From Promethearchaeum syntrophicum (GTDB lineage Archaea; Asgardarchaeota; Lokiarchaeia; Sigyniarchaeales; Promethearchaeaceae): a stretch of 32,000 nucleotides of DNA. The notes beneath the pieces are model-generated. The model saw only the letters and a program-made list of their open reading frames with translations, did no database searches and was not told the origin of the DNA. A program made the position numbers and the translations under genes. Positions 25,590-32,000 of the stretch are shown here, one piece after another (position 1 is the stretch's first letter; the number at the start of each line of letters is the position of its first letter). The stretch covers positions 960,001 through 992,000 of the forward strand of contig NZ_CP042905.2 of NCBI RefSeq assembly GCF_008000775.2, read 5' to 3'.

Positions 25590-26561
25590 ATGGCAGAAAA
25601 CGATTCAAATAAGTCAGAAAGCGATAATCTTTTAAAAAAATTGGATGATGAAGATATTCTCGAGAAAAAGAAAGCCATCTTTAAAATTGGCGAGAAAAAA
25701 ATCGTTAAAGCTGTCCCTACCTTAATCTCTCTATTAAAAAATGATGAAGATTCCGTTGTCAGAAATTCCGCTGCACGAGCTATTGGGAAAATTGGAGATC
25801 GCGAACATTTAGATCAAATTGTTGAAGCACTAATCGAAGCTCTAGGTGATGCAGATTATTACGTAAGAGTAAATGCATGCTGGGGTTTAGGAAAGATTAA
25901 AGATAGTCGTGCTATTCCGCATTTAATAGAAATGGTAGATCCTGATCAACGAGTATATACTATGGGAGACGAAATTCTCGAATCAACAACCGAAGAACAA
26001 GCATCCACTAAGTTAAAAGAAGAGGGAATGAAATTTTCAGATGTAATTGTGGAAGCGATCAAATCTCTTGGCAAAATTAAAGACCCAAAAGCCCTCCCCG
26101 CGCTAATAGAAGCGCTCAAAGACGAATCAGATGGTACTGTTCGATGTGCTGCAGCATTAGCTATGGGTCAAATTAAAGATGAAGCTGCTGTACCTTATTT
26201 GATTAGTGCCCTTGATGATAAATATTGGTATGTGAGAAGAGATGCAGCAAAAGCTCTATCCAAATTGAAAGCAAAATCAGTAAAAGCTGCACCGATGCTT
26301 GCACGAAAAATGACCGACATGTATGATGAAGTCAGGGAATTCGCGCTTAAAGCATTACTCGCAATTGGCAAGCCGGCAGGAACAGAGATATTCAAACTTT
26401 TCTTGAATAATCCTCAAGATACCAAACTCCAAAAATTCATCTCGAGTAATTTAACCAAACAAGATATGGGAAGTATTTTAAAGGATTTAATTGAAACTGA
26501 AAGGAATCCAACTAAAAAGCAAATATATGAAGAATATTTAGTAAAAATAGCGAATAATTAA
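25590..26561 (+). CDS. HEAT-repeat (PBS-lyase-type) protein
   Basis: The motif 'VR..AA.ALG.I.D..A.P.LI.AL.D' recurs at least five times, for example VRNSAARAIGKIGD and VRCAAALAMGQIKDEAAVPYLISALDD. Confidence 0.8.
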   Translation: MAENDSNKSESDNLLKKLDDEDILEKKKAIFKIGEKKIVKAVPTLISLLKNDEDSVVRNSAARAIGKIGDREHLDQIVEALIEALGDADYYVRVNACWGLGKIKDSRAIPHLIEMVDPDQRVYTMGDEILESTTEEQASTKLKEEGMKFSDVIVEAIKSLGKIKDPKALPALIEALKDESDGTVRCAAALAMGQIKDEAAVPYLISALDDKYWYVRRDAAKALSKLKAKSVKAAPMLARKMTDMYDEVREFALKALLAIGKPAGTEIFKLFLNNPQDTKLQKFISSNLTKQDMGSILKDLIETERNPTKKQIYEEYLVKIANN

Positions 26562-26652
26562 TTAAAAATCGTATTTTTTTATTACTGAATTATTTCACAT
26601 TTAATGAATTCAAAAACCTTAGTATTAACAATTATTTTATAAAGACATTAAG

Positions 26653-28212
26653 ATGGATCTTATAATTGTTTTAGATTTCGGGGGACAGTATACTCATTTA
26701 ATAGCAAGGCGCATTCGGGAGCTAGGGATTTATTCAGAAATTTTACCATATAATGCCCCATTAGAAAAAATTGCAAATTTAAACCCCAAAGGAATAATCC
26801 TTTCAGGAGGACCATCATCAGTTTATGAAAAGGATGCACCTTATCTTAAACAAGAATTTTATGAATATGCTAAAGGGAACATTCCTTTATTAGGCCTTTG
26901 TTATGGTCATCACCTTATTGGGCAATATTTTAAAGGAAAAGTGGTTGCCCATAAGGAAAAAGAATTTGGAAAAACTGAATTCATTGTAAAACGCCACGAT
27001 TACATTTTTAAGAATACAAACCCAAAAGAAATTGTTTGGATGTCGCACGGAGATCAAGTAGAACGTTTACCTCCTGATTTTGAAATATTTGGTTCAACGG
27101 CTACTTGCCCAATTGCAGCCATGGGTAACATCAATCAAAAAATTTATGGATTTCAATTTCACCCAGAAGTATACCATACAATTCATGGAAAGGAAATACT
27201 CCGGAATTTTATTATAGATATCTGTCAAGCACAACAAAATTGGAAAATTGATGATTGGATTGAAGGAGCAATTAAAGATATTCAGAAAGAAGTTGGAGAA
27301 AAACAAATAATTTTGGGATTATCTGGTGGCGTTGATTCATCGGTTGTAGCTTTGCTTCTTAAAAAAGCCATCGGCAATAATGTTCATCCAATTTTTGTAA
27401 ATAATGGTGTTTTACGGAAAAATGAGGTTGAACAAGTTTGCGATTGGTTTCAAAATCAATTGAAATTCGAAAATTTTCATTATGTTGATGCTGAAACTGA
27501 ATTTCTCGAAGCATTGAAGGGTATAGAAGATCCTGAAGAAAAAAGAAAAATAATCGGTCACCAATTCATTAAAGTTTTTGAAAAAACAGCACTAAAACTA
27601 GAAGAAATCCATCCAAACATTGAATATCTTGCTCAAGGAACTATCTATCCAGATCGCGTAGAATCTCAAGCTGGACAAGGTGGTAAAATTTCAAGCAAAA
27701 TCAAATCTCATCATAATTTAACGCTTCCCGATGATATGAAATTAAAAATTCTAGAGCCATTGAAAGATTTGTATAAAGATGAGGTGAGAAAATTGGGATT
27801 TCTCCTTGGATTGCCCCAAGAATTAATTGGTCGGCATCCATTTCCAGGTCCAGGATTAGCTGTTAGATGCATAGGTGATATTACAAAGGAAAAACTCGAT
27901 ACTCTTAGAGATGCTGATGCAATAGTAATTGAGGAAATTAAAAAAGCAGGACTCTATGATCAAATTTGGCAAGCTTTTGCTGTTTTTTTACCTGTAAAGT
28001 CTGTAGGTGTTATGGGTGATTATCGAACATATGAATATTTATGCGCACTTCGCATTGTTGAATCGATTGATGCTATGACTGCAAATTTCGCAAAACTCGA
28101 TTGGAGTATCTTAGAGCAAATTAGTTCTCGGATTATCAATGAAGTGATAGGAATCAATCGCGTTGTTTATGATATTTCTAATAAACCTCCTGCAACAATT
28201 GAATTTGAATAA
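26653..28212 (+). CDS. guaA: GMP synthase (glutamine-hydrolysing), fused GATase and ATP-pyrophosphatase
   Basis: The diagnostic motifs are present: LDFGGQYTHLIARR, LGLCYGHHL (Cys nucleophile), FHPEV, the PP-loop LSGGVDSSV, and the C-terminal dimerisation end PPATIEFE. Confidence 0.95.
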   Translation: MDLIIVLDFGGQYTHLIARRIRELGIYSEILPYNAPLEKIANLNPKGIILSGGPSSVYEKDAPYLKQEFYEYAKGNIPLLGLCYGHHLIGQYFKGKVVAHKEKEFGKTEFIVKRHDYIFKNTNPKEIVWMSHGDQVERLPPDFEIFGSTATCPIAAMGNINQKIYGFQFHPEVYHTIHGKEILRNFIIDICQAQQNWKIDDWIEGAIKDIQKEVGEKQIILGLSGGVDSSVVALLLKKAIGNNVHPIFVNNGVLRKNEVEQVCDWFQNQLKFENFHYVDAETEFLEALKGIEDPEEKRKIIGHQFIKVFEKTALKLEEIHPNIEYLAQGTIYPDRVESQAGQGGKISSKIKSHHNLTLPDDMKLKILEPLKDLYKDEVRKLGFLLGLPQELIGRHPFPGPGLAVRCIGDITKEKLDTLRDADAIVIEEIKKAGLYDQIWQAFAVFLPVKSVGVMGDYRTYEYLCALRIVESIDAMTANFAKLDWSILEQISSRIINEVIGINRVVYDISNKPPATIEFE

Positions 28213-28380
28213 ATCCAAATGAATAAAATAACTCATACAGCGTGTAATATTTTTCGTAGGTTCTTTTCTTTCATAATGATCATTACAATCATGTAAATTA
28301 CTAGTAAAAAAAGAAAAATTGAAGTGTATATGGCTATCGAATTGTCTGGGGTCGAAATAGTCCCATTTTGGATTAGTGAA

Positions 28381-28626
28381 CTAAAAATTATAATTCCAAC
28401 CAGAAAAAAAAGGGATTACTAAACCAAAAACGAAAAAATGGTTAAGATTTGATTTGATCTTCTGTTTTTGATCAAAATTTAATTCGTTATAATGGTTTAA
28501 ACATAATTCATCTTTTGAACAATTATGACATGCTTTAGCTTTACACACTCTACAAGTAATAAAATTCTTGAATTTTCCACCGTGGATTAATTTACCACAA
28601 AATTGACAAGTTTCATTTAATTTCAT
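28381..28626 (-). CDS. zinc-ribbon membrane protein, probably frameshifted at a T8 run
   Basis: CQFCG...CRVCKAKACHNC is followed by a hydrophobic segment that stops abruptly. A one-base shift at 28404-28411 continues the frame to 28233 and completes two TM helices (see findings). Confidence 0.5.
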   Translation of the reverse strand: MKLNETCQFCGKLIHGGKFKNFITCRVCKAKACHNCSKDELCLNHYNELNFDQKQKIKSNLNHFFVFGLVIPFFSGWNYNF

Positions 28627-28730
28627 ATCACTATTTGTGAAATTTTATGATTAAAAATGTTTTTAAATTCTGTAGAGAATAGAAAAAACTACAAAGAGAT
28701 AAGAAAAAAAAATATCATAATCCGATACTA

Positions 28731-29270
28731 CTATAGCCTATTTTCCATAAGAATTTCATTAACATAATTTCCATTGATAAAATATTGTTTTTCATAGGTT
28801 CCAACGATTTTGAAGCCACATTTCTTATAAAGTTTTATACCTTGCTTGTTTGTATCAAAAGTTGAGAGAATTAATTTCTTTTTCCCACGTTCCTTGGCTA
28901 TTTCCTTTCCTAATTCAATTAGAAAATACCCCAAACCCAAATTTCGATATTTTTTTTGAACAATAATCCCCAAAATCCCTACATGCTTAGCCGCTTCCCA
29001 TTGTGTATGTTCAATTGTCAATTGCCCAACGATTTTTTTTGGCGAAGAAAGTTTGATATCCACCGCTACTATACAGAAATTATTAATTTGAATCAAATCT
29101 TTATACCAAGAATTTTTCTCCCATTGGTTTAAAACGGGAGTGTATACAGGGAGATAGATTTTTTCTTCAACTACTTCATTAAAATTACTCCAAATTCCTT
29201 CAAGATCGTCTTTTTCAATCAATCGTAGATAGATTTCCTTCCCATTTTTTAGGATAATTTTTTTTGACAT
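28731..29270 (-). CDS. GNAT-family N-acetyltransferase
   Basis: Motif A is present in IIVQKKYRNLGLGYFLIELG. The length is 179 aa. Confidence 0.8.
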   Translation of the reverse strand: MSKKIILKNGKEIYLRLIEKDDLEGIWSNFNEVVEEKIYLPVYTPVLNQWEKNSWYKDLIQINNFCIVAVDIKLSSPKKIVGQLTIEHTQWEAAKHVGILGIIVQKKYRNLGLGYFLIELGKEIAKERGKKKLILSTFDTNKQGIKLYKKCGFKIVGTYEKQYFINGNYVNEILMENRL

Positions 29271-29337
29271 TCAATATTATAAATTTTGATTTTGATGTAT
29301 TTAATAAGTATTATTTTATTATTTTACGGGGATAATT

Positions 29338-29760
29338 ATGTTTAAGAAGAAAGGTAAAGAAGAAAAGAAGAAAAAAAAGTCTAAATTAGCCAAGGATTTT
29401 GTTAATTTAACCCACGTTGAGACAAAAAAGCAAAAAGTAGACTATAAGGGAATGGTAGATATTCTATCTCAAAAAGAAAAATATGATGAACAACAACAAT
29501 TCAGAAAAAAACTCACAACCGATGAACAAGCAATCTTGACATCTTTTCAAAAAAATCGTATGCTACTGGACAGAATATGGATCATAACTAATCAAAGTAG
29601 GATTCAAATGGGAATGGATGGTTATAAATTGGAAAAACTGAAAGCAATCTTGGATAATCTAGTAGAAATGGGTTATTTAAAGTACGAAGCTGTTGAATAC
29701 GAATCAAAATTTAATGATGTTTATATTTTAACCGAACTCGGAAAAGAACAAGTATTTTAG
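29338..29760 (+). CDS. hypothetical protein, possible C-terminal winged-helix domain
   Basis: The N-terminus is Lys-rich. LKAILDNLVEMGYLKYE...VYILTELGKE resembles a wHTH recognition helix plus wing. Confidence 0.4.
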   Translation: MFKKKGKEEKKKKKSKLAKDFVNLTHVETKKQKVDYKGMVDILSQKEKYDEQQQFRKKLTTDEQAILTSFQKNRMLLDRIWIITNQSRIQMGMDGYKLEKLKAILDNLVEMGYLKYEAVEYESKFNDVYILTELGKEQVF

Positions 29761-29803
29761 TATTAAGATTTTTTGAAAAGAATAGCTATTTGAATTTAAA
29801 TTT

Positions 29804-30232
29804 TTATTCTTTTAAAGATAAACTCATAGTAGATAAATCATCGCGAATATTCCACCCAATTTTTTTATAGAAATCGATCACTCCAATATTTGATTTAAGA
29901 ATCTCTATTTTTAATTTCACTACATTTCTTTCTTTAAATCTTCTTATGATTTCATTCATCAAAATAGTACCATATTTCATTCCTTGAATTGAGCTATGTA
30001 TCGCTAAATGATGAATCCATCCCCTTCGACCATCATAACCCCCTAGAACTGCTCCGAGAATTTTATTTTTTACAGTATCCTTCATAACCAAACATAATCC
30101 TGGATTATGCTTTAACATTCTCACCAATTCTTCGTGTTTATCTGAATAGGTTAATTCGATCTTAACTAAACGCCACAAATCTAGAACTTGAGATAAATCT
30201 CTCTCTACCATTTCGTGAATAACAAATTCCAT
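29804..30232 (-). CDS. GNAT-family N-acetyltransferase
   Basis: IHHLAIHSSIQGMKYGTILMNEII is motif-A-like. The length is 142 aa. Confidence 0.75.
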   Translation of the reverse strand: MEFVIHEMVERDLSQVLDLWRLVKIELTYSDKHEELVRMLKHNPGLCLVMKDTVKNKILGAVLGGYDGRRGWIHHLAIHSSIQGMKYGTILMNEIIRRFKERNVVKLKIEILKSNIGVIDFYKKIGWNIRDDLSTMSLSLKE

Positions 30233-30315
30233 TGAGAGTTAGAAGGATTTGTTTTTTTTAAAATTTAAGAATGTAAGCAAAAGATTGTAAAGAAAATAAG
30301 AAAATATAATATGTA

Positions 30316-30738
30316 TCAAACTTGAAAATCAAATACATCATCGGGAACCATTAAATTATCTACAATATGTATTACTCCATTTGTACCTAAAATATCTTTT
30401 ATGAGAATATTCGCTGATCCAATTTTTTCACCGTTCTGAAAAATCTCGATCATATTTCCTTCCAGTGTTGGTATTGATTTTCGGTGCGATAAATCGAAGG
30501 AGGAATGCTTTCCAGGCAAAATATGGTTGGAAAAGACTTTTCTTAATACTTCTTTATCATGAAACAATTTAAATATAGTTTTTTCAGGCAATTTTCTTAT
30601 TGCTTCTTCAACAGGCGCGATTATGGTAAACGGCCCCTTATCTTTCAAATCTTCGGTAAGTTTCACTGCTTCAATGCCTTCAAGGAATAAGTTAAATGCA
30701 TTCATATCCTTTAGGGTCTTATATATATTTGAGGGCAA
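30316..30738 (-). CDS. fasciclin (FAS1) domain protein
   Basis: GPFTIIAPVEEAI, VLRKVFSNHILPGK and TNGVIHIVDNLMVP match the H1, H2 and C-terminal FAS1 signatures. No signal peptide is visible. Confidence 0.8.
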   Translation of the reverse strand: MPSNIYKTLKDMNAFNLFLEGIEAVKLTEDLKDKGPFTIIAPVEEAIRKLPEKTIFKLFHDKEVLRKVFSNHILPGKHSSFDLSHRKSIPTLEGNMIEIFQNGEKIGSANILIKDILGTNGVIHIVDNLMVPDDVFDFQV

Positions 30739-30863
30739 AATAAAATCACTGACTTTTTTTTTTTACAAACAATAGTACTAAATCTACATTTTTAAAACTA
30801 TTGTAAAAATCACTACATTTTCATAAGACAAAAAAGGATAAAATTCGATTTTAAGAATAAAAA

Positions 30864-30936
30864 TAGGGACGAAGAGAGTTGAACTCTTGACATCCACGGT
30901 GTGAGCGTGGCGAAATAACCACTAGTCTACGCCCCT
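30864..30936 (-). tRNA. tRNA-Val (anticodon CAC), 73 nt without CCA
   Basis: Minus-strand read: AGGGGCG-TA-GACT-AGTGGTTA-TTTC-G-CCACG-CTCACAC-CGTGG-ATGTC-AAGAG-TTCAACT-CTCTT-CGTCCCT-A. The acceptor stem has 7 bp including G5.U68. The anticodon and T stems are 5 bp each, with T-loop TTCAACT. The D stem has only two canonical pairs. Confidence 0.75.
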
Positions 30937-30946
30937 TAAGAAATGT

Positions 30947-31240
30947 TTAATAATTTTCATTAATCAACCATTTTACAGGAACGTCTTGACTTGTTCCATT
31001 AGGTAAATGTCTCCTAATGGTGATTGGTAACATTTTATTCTCAAGCTCGTAGGTTGCGATTTCTAAAGGATCATTTACACCTTGAGGAATTTCTATGAAT
31101 GGACTGGCTTGAAACGCGAGTTGTAATGCGCGAGCACCGATAATTCTGCTCCGTTCATATCTGGTTATAAAAATTGAACCAATTTTAATTTTTTTTTCTG
31201 CTTCAATATATTTATCGTATCTTTTTAACGTTCTGCTCAT
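30947..31240 (-). CDS. rpoK: DNA-directed RNA polymerase subunit K (Rpo6 / Rpb6 homologue)
   Basis: ITRYERSRIIGARALQLAFQASPFIEI is the conserved Rpo6/omega core. The length is 97 aa. Confidence 0.85.
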   Translation of the reverse strand: MSRTLKRYDKYIEAEKKIKIGSIFITRYERSRIIGARALQLAFQASPFIEIPQGVNDPLEIATYELENKMLPITIRRHLPNGTSQDVPVKWLINENY

Positions 31241-31342
31241 AAAAGTTGTTCAACCTAAAAAATAGTAATTTGATCAATAATCCATTTAAAAAAAGTTTTT
31301 CGGTATATTGAAGAGTTGAATTACAGAGTGGAAGATGAGAAC

Positions 31343-31708
31343 TTAATCAAAATCTTCCATTGTAAATTCTTGGTCAGATTGTGTCTTCTTCTTATTTTTA
31401 TTTTTTTTTATTTTCTCTTTTTTTATTTTTAGTTTTTTTTTATAAGAGATATTGGCTTCGGGTTCTGAATAAGATTGGAAACTATGTTCAGATGATGATG
31501 CATCTGATTCCTTTTTTTTTTTCCTGTCTTTTTTGATACCAACGATGAGAAATATTAAACCTGGGATAAACAAAATCAAGGCAAAAATTAGTAAAAAGAT
31601 TCCTATTAAGACTCCTCTGAGGTCTCCTCTACTTAATATAATAACTAGGATACCTAACGATGCTGGTAGGATACATAAACACATTCCGAATTTTTTAGAA
31701 AAACTCAT
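31343..31708 (-). CDS. small membrane protein (two TM helices, charged C-terminal tail)
   Basis: FGMCLCILPASLGILVIILS and VLIGIFLLIFALILFIPGLIFLIVGI are followed by KKDRKKKKE and a Lys-rich tail. Confidence 0.55.
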   Translation of the reverse strand: MSFSKKFGMCLCILPASLGILVIILSRGDLRGVLIGIFLLIFALILFIPGLIFLIVGIKKDRKKKKESDASSSEHSFQSYSEPEANISYKKKLKIKKEKIKKNKNKKKTQSDQEFTMEDFD

Positions 31709-31714
31709 ATCAAA

Positions 31715-31966
31715 TCACTCTCTAGATGCCCATACAATGTCGTCAGCTGATAATCTCTTGCGCTTTTCATCCTTAACCAATGATAGTGCCTTTTTTGTAG
31801 TCCTTTTAGCTTGCATTTCTAATTGTTCTATTAATAATTCAATGGCTCCATCGCTGACTAATGATGCTCCTTGTTCTTTCATAAATCTTTTTATTGGTGC
31901 CTTAGACATAAAATTCGTTTGAGATTTTGAATTTATAATAATTTTTTTCGATTTTTTTTTAGCCAT
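31715..31966 (-). CDS. archaeal histone-fold protein with a 20-aa Lys-rich N-terminal extension
   Basis: KAPIKRFMKEQGASLVSDGAIELLIEQLEMQAKRTTKKALSLVKDEKRKRLSADDIVWA aligns by eye to HMf-type histones (…RVSDDA… / …GRKTIKAEDIELA…). It is preceded by MAKKKSKKIIINSKSQTNFM. Confidence 0.8.
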   Translation of the reverse strand: MAKKKSKKIIINSKSQTNFMSKAPIKRFMKEQGASLVSDGAIELLIEQLEMQAKRTTKKALSLVKDEKRKRLSADDIVWASRE

Positions 31967-32000
31967 GATATTTCATTTTATGTTTTCACTTAAATACGTT

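Noticed and set aside
30864-30936. The tRNA-Val gene as the integration target of the element.
   Set aside because: It lies 12.5 kb from the integrase and no part of it is repeated at either element end. The att core was found at the TatD start codon instead.
231-31922. Many 60-130-aa ORFs in the track lie antisense to, or inside, long well-supported genes. Examples: 231-497, 458-640, 3020-3226, 3405-3599, 4709-5003, 5112-5339, 8367-8552, 9546-10061, 11745-12017, 15273-15509, 15679-16161, 17689-17916, 19878-21126, 26195-26395, 27094-27306 and 31533-31922.
   Set aside because: They are low-complexity F/I/L/S-rich translations of the complement of Lys/Glu/Asn-rich genes, as expected by chance in AT-rich DNA. 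None has a start signal or a recognisable motif.

Overview
This is a very AT-rich chromosomal segment that looks archaeal. It carries a histone-fold gene, RNA polymerase subunit K/Rpo6, TATA-like boxes about 25-30 nt upstream of several ATGs, and one tRNA-Val. An Asgard-type host is plausible but cannot be shown from sequence alone. Host-like genes occupy 1-4069 and 18397-32000: the 3' end of a class-III aminotransferase, four GNAT acetyltransferases, an ArsC/LMW-PTP, a TatD hydrolase, a lysophospholipase-like hydrolase, a JAB/MPN+ metalloprotease, a HEAT-repeat protein, guaA, a fasciclin protein, rpoK and a histone. Between them lies a 14,260-bp integrated element (about 4064-18329). I could define its ends by eye: a 14-bp direct repeat, TTTTCTTCATAAAA, sits at 4060-4073 and 18320-18333. 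Joining the element-side flanks rebuilds a perfect 10-6-10 recombinase core site, AAGGTGTTTT-CTTCAT-AAAACACCTT, that overlaps the TatD start codon. The element encodes a tyrosine recombinase, an RHH protein preceded by CGTAWTACG palindromes, an SF2-helicase-like protein next to an iteron/inverted-repeat region, and a single-chain Type IIG restriction-modification enzyme. Directly downstream of the RM gene are a 19-aa hydrophobic micro-ORF and a translationally coupled three-gene cassette of unknown function (TIGR04255-like, small acidic protein, 227-aa protein). That cassette is my best candidate for an undescribed defence or toxin module. I saw no capsid, terminase or conjugation genes, no CRISPR array and no rRNA. 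All functional calls come from motif reading by eye, with no database searches.
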